64,000 bases of DNA, taken from positions 60,512,001 to 60,576,000 of the forward strand of contig OZ260661.1 in NCBI GenBank assembly GCA_965285935.1. Direction: 5' to 3'. Source of the DNA: Ophelia neglecta (Eukaryota). Both the position numbers and the translations under genes were made by a program. This document shows, in pieces, positions 13,331-24,445 of this stretch. The notes under the pieces are model-generated. The model saw nothing but the letters and a program-made list of their open reading frames with translations, was not told the origin of the DNA and searched no databases. The first letter of the stretch is position 1; each line of letters opens with the position of its first letter.

Positions 13331-14890
13331 TTGTTGAGGAAGAAAGTTGGACTTGTGACTTTGAAATCAAACTACAGTTGTGGACATTTTACCAGTTTGT
13401 GACAATATTTTTAGCTGACATTTTTTACTTTCTTTTAGCGGTGCCTGAATTATTTGGCAAACCCCAAGTGGAATTCGGACGGCCACTGGTAAAAATAAAA
13501 TGTGTGTATGGTCTTCCTGGACGACATAGATAGACTCGACCTGGTTAGTTGCTTAAAATGGAAGTGGGAAAATATGTATTCACTCGGGGACGCAGAAAGA
13601 AGGAAGTACGCACATATTATATTGATAAAACAAACACTGTAGAATATATCTTGATAAATTTCCGAAGCAGAACAATCGTATTGCATTGTATGTCCGTCAT
13701 GTATGGCAAATTTAGTATAGAATACATGTGATCATATAGCAGTTTTCATTTGGGCTTCATGTCACACAAGTCGGGTGACTTTAGGTGATGTTGCCGACTG
13801 ACTGAGGATGCAGAGGAAACAGTCGACAATCAGGGGCCAGTTTTTCAAGAGCTCCTTGAAGGTCGGGGTTCAAAGCCATTACATCTGGTAGATGTTAACA
13901 GGTAAATGCGATCAGATGTCGACTTCCACCTTCAGACAAGATCCGCCCTGGGTAAACTTATCAAAGACTGTTGCCTCCGGATTGGGGACCTCAGCCGGAA
14001 TCACATTGTCAAAACTCATGATAAATGTTGTCGCCAGCCCACATAACAAGACTGCCTGCACTTTTCCCCAATTAGCCCAAGTTGGCTTTCAGTATGCCGA
14101 TTTCATTTCGCTGGGCTCGCAAAGAGGATGTTCGACTCTTTGGCTAAGTTGAGTTAAAATGGCCCCTTATAGATCCCTGCCTCCTCCAGCCCAGACTATG
14201 TTTGCTCTTATTTATCGTCTGCTTCCAGCCAAGCCTCAGAAGATTGAGTTGAAAGACGTCTATTGCCTTTTAATTTGTACAAATTGATGAATTTGGCACT
14301 GCCATCATCAGTCAAATAAACGTTAGCCCTTCATTGGACGCCAGACAAGGATATTTCAGTTTTCATACAAATGTAGGTAAACATCGTCTATATAGGTACT
14401 TACTGGCAAATACCCGTGTCCCCTATATCCTCCATACACTACACTTATAAATATGGACATGTACTTATTTTGAAGACACTGAGAAGACCTCCGCTGAAAA
14501 TCGAGAATCCTGTCTGTGAGAAATTTGAAAACCTGCCAAATTACCCTCTCTACATACCAAAATGATTACCGAAAGATTAGGCAAATTGAACAATTGCATG
14601 AGGCAAATTAACAAAGAAGTAAAACCGTGTAACCGACTTACAAACAATGCCAATGATAGGTTAATCACTTTTGGTACCGAGCTTTTGAGTTCACGTCTTG
14701 TTTGTGAATAGACGCTTAATATCATAGCTTTCAGGGGCTGGTGGTATTGAGCAATTCGTTAGTCATAAAATTAATAATCACTCACTTGACGGAACGCAAT
14801 ACTTAGTTTCATAAGTAGAAACATAGTAATTTGTGTTAAAAACTATGCAGAATGTTGTTAATTCATAAAATTATTAGATTGTCTAACATT

Positions 14891-14899
14891 TACCCTGTA
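14891..14899 (-). promoter_or_regulatory. miR-10-family 8mer target site in the putative Hox1 3'UTR
   Basis: mRNA-sense TACAGGGTA is complementary to miR-10 nt 1-9 (UACCCUGUA), about 365 nt after the stop codon. Confidence 0.55.
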
Positions 14900-15103
14900 T
14901 TGACCAACCTAGGAAACGTAACAAAATAAAAATAGGTGATTGTGTGGGAATGTACTTATCAAAAGTGTTTCTATGGTGACACCGCGACATACTTTCATAA
15001 TACACCTTATACACATATATACACACTTATTTGGATTATGCTTCAAATGATTCCTTTTGGAGCGTGCATCTACAGGAACTCGTGCTCAAGTCAGACTCCT
15101 CTT

Positions 15104-15156
15104 GATTGGACAATGATGGCCACGTGATTAAAAAAAGTTCCTCAGATGTCACGTGG
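15104..15156 (+). promoter_or_regulatory. Inverted NF-Y/USF cassette 3' of Hox1 (candidate antisense promoter)
   Basis: GATTGG 15104-15109, 11-bp spacer, CACGTG 15121-15126. Second E-box GTCACGTGG 15148-15156. Confidence 0.5.
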
Positions 15157-15262
15157 TAGGTCCGCAGAGCAGAAGTGTCCTCTGACCCCCAAACTTGACT
15201 GGATCTTTGATATGACTAGCATGACTGGAATATTTTTTTTGAAATGACTAAAAACGTATTCC

Positions 15263-15558
15263 TTAACTGTCGTCTGCTTGTAAAGAGCCATCATTAGAAC
15301 CGTCACTGTTCACGCCACTATTACCTATAACACCAGGAGATTCCTTCATGCGTTTCTTTTGCTTCATTCGACGGTTTTGAAACCAAATTTTCACTTGAGT
15401 TTCATTCAGTCCAAGGGCCGCAGCGATTTCTATTCTCCTAGCTCTTGTGAGGTATTTGTTAAAGTGAAACTCCTTTTCTAACTCAGTCAGTTGTTTGTTT
15501 GTAAAATTTGTCCTGCCCATATTTGGCTGGCCTTGGTAACCGTACTCGCCAGACTTCC
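15263..15558 (-). CDS. Hox1: Hox1/labial, coding exon 2 (homeobox 15526-15347)
   Basis: Acceptor poly-T-CAG|GG (AG at 15560-15559), phase 1 matching exon 1. Homeodomain [60 protein letters not shown] is diagnostic of paralogy group 1. Spliced CDS 966 nt = 321 aa. Confidence 0.98.
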
Positions 15559-15887
15559 CTGAAAAAAAAAATACCAAGTAAGTACTCATTGAACAAGCAA
15601 ATTTTAGATGCGTTTTTTAGATACCAAGGACTTACTAGGTTTATTTTGTTTCCATGTTTACTGATAACGGTCAAGAATATTAAAGGTGGTGTTATTTGGC
15701 TCGAAAGAAAAACATGTGCCTGAATCGTATTATTTATACAGACTACACTTTTTTTGAATAATTCAGCGTTATATTAGTACTAATATTTTGATAGTGATAG
15801 TATCATGTTAACCATCCCTATCATGCAAGTAATATTAAGGTCGATGACTTTAGGACAGGCACATATGGCCTATCCTGACCGCTAATG

Positions 15888-15901
15888 TGACCTCTTGACC
15901 T
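15888..15901 (-). promoter_or_regulatory. Perfect DR2 nuclear receptor element (AGGTCA AG AGGTCA) in the Hox1 intron
   Basis: Plus strand reads TGACCT CT TGACCT. Confidence 0.5.
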
Positions 15902-17623
15902 CGCTGCTGATGTCGGACCATCATCTATGGCACAGGTAAACGCTTTGAACTCCTGTTCTGATGCACATATGGAACATGCATGTATATATATTTAAATGAG
16001 CCCCCAGGGCTATACTTGGACGTTTACACTGTCTACTCTGTGTGCTGTGTCACCGATATGGGTTGACACGGCAATTTTGTCATTAAGGCGCCCTTTTCTG
16101 TTATTAATGAATAGGTGTGTTGTCATCAGAAGACAAACAGTGTAGTGGTAAGTCATTACCATGGCTACACCACAGGAAAATAATATTGAATATGAAATAG
16201 AGTTGCATTTTCGCATTTTATCCTATATTGAAATTTATATTGGTGTAAGTCGATATTCGCAAGATCAAATTAGGTCAATCTTTTTATAGCTTTCTTCGAT
16301 ATGTATCAATATTAGTAATTCAAATAATGGCTGAATTCGATATCCCTGTTGAATGTTCCAGGTGATAGTAATATGTGAGTAGTGTTTAAAATGATCTGTC
16401 GTAAATCTTCCATAATTGAAGCTTAATATTAAATGACCAGGAGAACCTATAAAATCAAAACTAGTATAAAACTGTCATAAATCGTCTGGTCATTAAATTA
16501 TTGTAAAAATTATGACCGGAAGTGCATAGAAGTGGACTATAAAAATGATCTAGGAGTTCTCCTCAAGCCATTAAGAATCGATTTATGTATAGGAAAGATG
16601 GAGGATTCTTGCTTGCGCAAATCTAATTGGCCTGATATAAATATTATATCCGGTCATCACAAAGGGTATCGCATAAATTTTGAATTGAGATTGTTCTAAA
16701 CAATGAACTAACTTAACTTTTGTTAAGTTCCAAAAAAGCAAAAAAAAAAAAACTAATCTTAATATCGTATCTCATTCCATAAAAATCCGATGGAACATTG
16801 GACATAGTTATTGCCAGCCTGTGCCAAAAGGACAAATAATCGGTTCATATTTCTCTGACACTGATAAATTCGTGCAAAATTGTCGAATCGCACATGAAAC
16901 AACTTCACGTAGAAGTGTTCAACTGAGATAAAAGTTAGCTGAGCGAAATAATACACTAAGCTTCCCATCTGTCAACTACCCTAATGTCTAGAGAATCATG
17001 TCACCCTGAAAATTATTAATATTAATGACATTCGTGTCTCGCTGATAATGGGGGCAAAGGAAACATCCACTATAGCAACTTCAACCAGCATTACATTCTA
17101 TTATGTTCGCATTTACTCAAAAGCAACAAAGCCTGAATCAGAAGAAATCGAACGGGACGGCTCTCGTTCGTGGAATTTCTCGGCAAATGTGCACTTTGAT
17201 TAACTTTGCCTTTGCTGGAGCATCTATGGCCATTAGCCGAGGCGTGTGGCCAACGTTATTTTGGGCCTGCCATATTAATAGTGTGGTACTCCCTCGAGGG
17301 AAAGTGGGGGGATAGGGCAATCAGTGGTAGTCCTGGTCACTACTGTTCTCTCATCATAGCTGTCTTCATCGGATGAGAATCCTGACAACATTGTGCTGAT
17401 CGCAACACAGAGCTAAATAGGGTCACTCAAAAATGTAGTTAATCAGCCATAAAACTTATATGTAGGATGAAACTGAGCAGTGCTCAGTCCACGAGTCGCT
17501 CTCTATACTCACTTAAAATATAGTTATATTTGGACATTATGGTGGGCATTTAGTGTGTGTTTGTAATGTCACCACGTATAAATTTATATAGTTCTCTCTC
17601 CAAAAAGGAGGGCTGACATATTT

Positions 17624-17654
<31 letters not shown>

Positions 17655-17670
17655 TAATTATAATAATAAT
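17624..17670. repeat. (AAT)n microsatellite, imperfect
   Basis: Direct reading. Confidence 0.9.
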
Positions 17671-20600
17671 ATGGATTATTAATGATCTACTAAAATAGTG
17701 CCATACATCTTAATTGAAATGGATGATTTCAACTTTCATAAAATGCAGACTTTATTAATTTGAATATGCGTTTCCAGGTTAAAGTCGCTTGTGTTCTGAG
17801 TTGCTTATTCCCACAATTGGTCCCATCCCATCAAATACAAAACACTTTTCCCATTGCAAAATGAATGAAAAACGGAGCTGTCATGCTTTTGCTTCCTTAA
17901 TTCATTGCAAAGTTAGTTCCATCACGACTAATACGTGCTTAATAATTAGGATATAATTAATTTTGCTCTAAGTTGCACATGTCGGTATAATTCTAGAGCC
18001 ATGTAAAGGAAATAAGAATACTGCAGTAAACATCTTCAGGGAATTTCAGGAGGCAAAATGAACATTTCGCACCTGAGTTGAGTGTATAGCCCTCGAGGAG
18101 TTGGAACAATAAGTTGGGGAATTAAACCTAAACAAATTGGAAGATTATTGAGTGAAATTTATGATATATGGCGAAGTTTTAGAAGTTGATTCATCGCTGT
18201 AGTGAAAGAAAGGCTTGCCTAGACGTGGGGGCAGAACCCAGGAGGACAGAGCTGGTCGTGAAATCTTTTTCAAAGACTGTTGGGCGAAATACTGGAGATT
18301 AGAGAAGCCATTTGAGAAACAAGTCAATTAAACGGAGTGATTAATGAGAGGTTTGTTAATTATCATCCGGCTCATCGTATTTATTACTTTAGCAAGATAT
18401 TGGGATTATGACTGATCATTCTCCTTGGAAAGAATGCTCCTTATTCCGCGAATACATGAAATAGATTTTCGCTGCGTTTAATACAAAATATATGAGATAA
18501 TTTGCTCTACTAACGGACTTAAAATAATTATTGGTGGGTAGAGTAAGTAGAAATATACCAATAAGCGTTTTTACAAGACCGTGAAATCTTAACCCATAAT
18601 TAATCTGAGCATTAATATCCGATCACTGTAGACAGTTTGAGCAACTTTAGGAACTGGACTCTCCAAATAACGAAAACAAAAATAAAAGAATTGATCACAG
18701 GGAGGTAAATCAATAGTAATTTGCTATAAAACATGGCGGCAATAGCTCGGTGCCAATCGAAAATTGAAGATCCAGGTGTCTATGCTAAATGAGATCAATT
18801 AATTTTCAATAATTTATGCAGTAGATGAACGCCACAGCCGATGGCCTATTCAGGGTAATTAGTTGGAGTGGAATTAGTTCTGTGTCGGAGGCTTTATGAG
18901 AGAAAAAAACTGACGACCACATAGAAAATGTGAAGAGTGTTATTCAACTCTGCGCCTAACTGTTAGTTTAAACATATTTATTTTTGTAAGTTGGGTCATA
19001 CAATTGATAGAAATGATTATGACAAGGGAAGAATGCATGTGGAGAGAAAGTTATAGGTATGTTTTTGCTAGTTGGATGGAAGGTTTGAAAGCCAATTAAT
19101 ATTACATCTTTAAAACTCCTTGTGAACGCTAAAGTCTTTAGACTATCATGAACATGAAAATAAAAGTCAATTACTAAAATGTTTCTTTTTTCACAATCTA
19201 TGAACCTGATACAGGTAAAATGGAAATAGAATGATACGGGTTTCGTCTGTTATTATTTTAACCCACAGGAAATTATCAATCGGAAGCCTTTAACTGCGCG
19301 CTTTATTGTGAAAGGAGTTCTAAAATTCATTTATAATTGGCAATAGCAAGCTAGCCAAACGTGACTTGTTGAAGAAATACAGTCAGCATTTTTTTCTATA
19401 AGTCAATGCTTAGTAACATTACAAAGGCATCAACTCTTTATTTTTTTTGCTAGAATTACTGTTATAGAAGCTTATTGTGCGACTGTACATAATAAATAAC
19501 ATTCAAAGGCTGGGCTAGGGTTTCAATGATAAAATCTTATTCTCATTCTAGCTCTGCCTTTGATACAAGGCAAAACCGAAGTAAGTTGCTTAACTATTAT
19601 AGAGAACGCCTCAAAGACCTGACAGTCATTTACTTTTATTGTTCAGGCAGTAGGAATGTTATATAGCATGGAACAGTGTTACGAAGACAATAAACCTGCA
19701 GACATTCTTCTCCCTCGATCAGAGTCATAAAAATATACGCCTTCATAATTTTCCATTAATATCTGGTTTTAATTATTTGAGAGAAAATGACCGTTTAATT
19801 GACTAGCTACAGTGTATTAAGATACATAGGGGATGACTCCTGTTCAGCATTGAAGTGGATGATACAAGGACACCCTGAGATAAGTTTAATTTCAGATTTT
19901 TTCGACGAGAGGGGCCAAGCCTGTTGCAGTGGAGTGTTGTTAAGAAGTTAGCTGGGGGAGTTACACCATGTAGTGCGGTATTTAGTCTATCCGACCACGT
20001 ATATAGCTAGAGACCTGTCGATGGGATTACAGCTTGATTGATATTAGTGCGTGAGATACATAGCCCTTGAGGATGATGGAGGTCACTTTAGAGATTGCCG
20101 ATGAAGGATTGTATTTCTTTCTTTGGTATGGAGAAACTTTCGGCCTAACTTCTCCATCACCTCTGCTGTCTGCAGGTGAAGAAGAACTCGTCTATTCCAA
20201 TTCTAAAGCTGTGTAATTAACTTTGTTTTTGCGGATTCTAAGACGAATAGGTGTGGCTTTTGATACGAAAACAATCCTAATCACTCTTGTTAGAAGCCTG
20301 AACAGGGTCTACTCCATTCAATGCAGCTCGCTAACATACGGGTCATTTCTGGCGTTGCTGAAAGCGACATATTTCATAGGTGTCGCCAACAACTTATAGA
20401 AAGTCTTAATCCTTTATTAGCTGACACCTCTGGCGAAAATGGTCAACACTGAGACATGGATTAACGGGTTTTATGCCTACTGAAAGCAACATTTCTCATG
20501 TGCTGTTCATTTCCTCGGCCACAGAAGATGTTTAATCCCTTGAAGTTGACACCTAGCTTTTTAGCAGACACGAATTTGCAGTTTCTGGTTTTGCTGAAAG

Positions 20601-22398
20601 GCCAATTTCTCATTCTTTGCCGAGCGATCAAGCTGGCTCTAAACGGATAGTTATACAGACACTCGGGTCGAAATTGACTTGAATTCACTGTTTCTGGTAC
20701 CAGTGAAAGCGACATTTTTCATGTGTGCCACACGCATCCGTACAGTCATTATTCATGTGTAAGGATCTGGCTTCTGCAGGACCGAGCCACTGGGCCTGTT
20801 GGTTCCCAGCATCTTCTGCCGACTACCGGCAAAGCTGGCAACATAAATTCGCTGCCACTAAGCGGGGCCCTATCAATCTAGTTCCACTGTTTCTTCCAAT
20901 GGCACGGAGCTGCTAAGTTTGGGCTCCAGCCATTAATCAAGACATGATGAAAAGAAATATCAGACATTGGCAATAAATAACTCATATCCCACTAAAACTG
21001 GTCATAACTATCTACAACGCTCCGATAGGTTTGTAGCTTTAATTCTCCGGATTCTTTGACATATGACACGAAACCTCGGCTTAAAATTTCACCTAAGTAG
21101 CTTGATCGGTGTTGATGGACTGAAAACAAAGGATTTGGGCTCTATAAAATCTGGGGAGAGGCATGTTTTATCGAATGATCTGGAGCTGCCTGGCTTTATA
21201 AAATATTGACGACTTAGATCACATTGCCTGCAGACTAGCAGAAATTAAGGCTATCACTGACACATGACTAGCTGGTGATAACAATACCTGGCCCACTCCG
21301 GTAATTGCTACCTTGCCGGGGGGCAGTGTTCATGCCTGCGCCCGCAACCAGGCAGGACCAACTAGGGGCCTTAAAAGTGTCAAATTGTGACAAGAAAATA
21401 GGCGAGAAGCCACAAGAATAGAAGGAATAACAGCTTGAAAGAGATCGGAAATTGCTCTACTTTTGCCTGAACACTGGACATGTAACAAGCTATTCTGATG
21501 GTTGTTGATATGACTGCGCGATTCACACATTGCATGTTGACCAAGTTATGGTGAAAATCCTCCCGGTGTGAATGGCGACCCTCCACCTTATCTTAAACAA
21601 TGTTATTCATGCCTTCCCCGTGGTACGACACCTTTCCAAAATGATGATAGGTTCCACGTCCTGTGACCCATCTATTGATAGTTTATGAAAATATAAGATG
21701 TTTAAAACGACGCCCAGACAAGTTTGAAAAGACAAGCACGCATGGCCACTTGTTCTCAAGATTTATATTTTGAGAGGCTCAGGAAAGTTTGAAAGTAAAC
21801 AGCATTTTGTCGGATTATTAAACAATTGGTGACATTCAAGCACCTGCCTCTTATTAATTGTCATTGAGGAAAAGAAATATCTTTCTAAAGATTATTATCT
21901 ATTTAATAGAGAACTGTTCTTTTAAATTAGTAAGTTTTGCACCAAGGTTGGCTTTGTAGTAAACACAAATAATAAATTAGCCATACTAAAAATGAGATAA
22001 AAGGAACTTAATCAATCAGAGGAGGGCTTTATTACTACAGTTACTATTGGCAGAAGAGAGAATAATCTTCACCTTTTCTAGTGTTTTCATCTAGTGGGCA
22101 TGCGAAGTGATCTCCTGGGTACCGTGATGGCAGGAGTTACGTGAATCATCATGCAATGCTGAGAGTTCTGGCCACATGGTAACGAGAATATCGGTCAGGG
22201 ACATACATGTGTACCGGGACCAACACGGAACAATGGTCACAACATGGTTATTAGTCTCTAACGACAGGCACAACTGCTACGTCCTATATTATATCTCTAT
22301 TAGGAGAGTCTACATATTAGTTTATGAGGGGTTTGATACCTCGGTGGTTCATGGTAGTTACAACTGCCTCCCTAATCGATGGGAGACAGACGGCGTAT

Positions 22399-22430
22399 GA
22401 GAGAGAGAGAGACAGTGAGAGAGACAGAGA
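22399..22430. repeat. (GA)n microsatellite, imperfect
   Basis: GAGAGAGAGAGAGACAGTGAGAGAGACAGAGA. Confidence 0.85.
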
Positions 22431-23559
22431 AATTAAACCAGTTCCTCCCTCAAGATAAAAGGGCTGTTTGAAGCTGGACACATAAAATGTGTCATCCGAG
22501 TGTGCCCTGCCCTAACCCCTGACCCTCCGGCGGCCAGGCCCCGTCTCCGGCTGGTTGCCAGCCTCTCTCGCCCGGCTGCAGGCATATTGCCGCGGTCACT
22601 TGCCAATCCCACTTTTATGTGGCTCATATAACGACTAATCAACTAGCCATCATAAAACTGATGGGCTAAATTGCAGTTATTGTATAGAGCACTGTGATTA
22701 ATTATGATGACAATAGAGCTATTTTGCACTCTACAGTATAGGCCTTTAAGGTGGGGGTGCCAATTACATATAAGAAAGCATCATTTGATCATATAAATTG
22801 AATTTTAAAAAAGCTTCATATTTTGCATTACTCACTCTTGGAATGTTTATTTTTTCGCGTGTTGTTTGTTTGACAGGTATTATTAGCCTTCCAGACCTTT
22901 CAACGCCCTTCTTCTGCTAAGCAGACGATGAAATATAACCCAAATAAAGCGTCTTATTCGCTTACAAGCAGTTACAAGCATGTAGCGGTTAGAATGAATG
23001 TTCCAAGAAGCAACTCTGCCATAAATCAGACGAGGAAAGCATTATTTCTTACGCTAATAGAGCGCAGGTTTTTACTCCGGCAGACGACTCTGGTGCAAAA
23101 CGAGCGGTAAATCATGGTCTAACTAAAGGAAGCAGGCCTTTAACACACTACGGCTTGTGACATTTTAATCTCAGCCGGCACGTGGATTTGATTATTGTCT
23201 CTTCTAAACGCCCCAATGGAGATCTTTATGACCCATCCCATATATCTCCCACCGCTCTGTTTATCCTCAAGCATGGATTTATGTCCCTCGAGTTTTGGCC
23301 AGCAAGTCAATTGTCTTCCGCACAGCGTGTTTGTCAGAATGCTAGGCAGTGGTGCTACCCCAATGTTTACATGCTTTTCACCTATTGAGCAGTTGTAAAA
23401 CACGGATCTATTAAGTTGGAAGAGATTAGAGGTATATTAGATAGTAATGATCGAATTAGCCAGGAGTTTGATTGATATTTGATTATGTCAATGGTCGAGT
23501 ATGAAAGGGGCAAGTATAGGAATTCAAATAAAAAAGAGAGTCGACATCACCTTTCTCAC

Positions 23560-24229
23560 CTGTTTTCGGCGTACTTCGTTTGACTGTCATCCATTTGTAT
23601 GTTGTTGTTGGGGGTCCCTGATCATGTGTGGGGCTGGAGGAAAGTCCTTGGGAGGAGCACAACACCCCGTAACCCGCCGCTGTGCCTGGGGAGTTACACA
23701 TGATGGGGTTACAGTCCGAGTGGTCAGGGTAGCACGAGGAGGGGTAGCCAGAATTGGGCATGCCATGGTGTGGGGGCATATCAGGGAGGGTACCGTTCAT
23801 TCCCATGTTTCCTGGGGGTCCGTAGTACGGAGGGTAGGGAGCCTGTCCGTGGTGTTGGGCTCCGTTATGACCCGTACCCCCTCCACAGGCAGCTCCTGGG
23901 TGTAGTCCGTAGGCAGTAGGTGCCTGCTGGTTAACTCCGTTGCCGTGGCTCAGCACTCCGTTTCCCGTGGTCTCGTAGCCCATGGGCGGGCCCTGCTGGT
24001 GGCCACCGGTCAGGTCCTGTAGCCCGGCGGATCCGTGGTGATGTCCCGGGTGCATGCCAGCCCCTGCCCCTGGGCCAGGCCCTCCGTACCCGTAATGCTG
24101 TCCGGTGTCAACCAGACCATTGTTTACGTTAGAGTAACTATAATTCGAGGTGGAAATAGACTCCGGATAGCTTGTGCTGTAAGTATTATTGTCCAAGTTA
24201 CATATCGTGTACTCTCCGTTCGAATTCAT
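23560..24229 (-). CDS. Hox1: Hox1/labial, coding exon 1 (N-terminal domain and hexapeptide)
   Basis: ORF MNSNGEYTICN... (resembles the HoxB1 N-terminal EYPLCN), G/P/H/Y-rich, with the labial-type hexapeptide TYKWM followed by TVKR. Donor ACAG|GTGAGA, intron starting at 23559. Exon is 670 nt (phase 1). Confidence 0.95.
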
Positions 24230-24445
24230 AATTTACACTGGCTAGCAGACTTGATCTGTCAATGGACTAGCACAAATTAGCTGTCGATGGTCAGATAAAT
24301 CTGAAATAAATGAAGCTAAATTACACGTCGCACTTGACAGGATTATGAGGGTTAAATTGGTCACGTGGCTGCGGTCAACCAATCAGAAGTCAGGCCATTG
24401 CTGTGGAGTCTACTCAATGCGCTGGTTGATGGATGGCATGACAAA
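24230..24445 (-). promoter_or_regulatory. Hox1 5'UTR/proximal promoter: E-box plus CCAAT cassette, Pbx-Hox1 site, Meis sites
   Basis: GGTCACGTGGCT 24359-24370; CCAATC 24379-24384; TGATGGATGG 24427-24436; TGACAG 24335-24340; CTGTCA 24256-24261. All lie within about 215 bp of the ATG. Confidence 0.7.

Larger units (their letters stand above)
15559..23559 (-). other. Hox1: Hox1 intron (8001 bp, GT-AG, phase 1)
   Basis: Donor and acceptor join hexapeptide and homeodomain in frame. Additional micro-exons cannot be excluded. Confidence 0.88.

Noticed and set aside
13785-13901. Possible plus-strand exon (AG...CAG|GTAAAT) with a short open frame
   Set aside because: Isolated, with no partner exons or recognisable peptide.
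1-15262. A vertebrate-style perfect 3' DR5 RARE downstream of Hox1
   Set aside because: A by-eye scan of half-sites found no consensus DR5 here; a computational scan is needed to confirm absence.
15559-15589. ORF-track start [10 protein letters not shown] for the Hox1 homeobox ORF
   Set aside because: This is the intron polypyrimidine tract read through; the real exon starts at 15558.
23483-23559. C-terminal extension of the 248-aa ORF (likewise 47328-47413 and 63600-63781)
   Set aside because: Read-through into introns past good donor sites; no evidence for retained-intron products.
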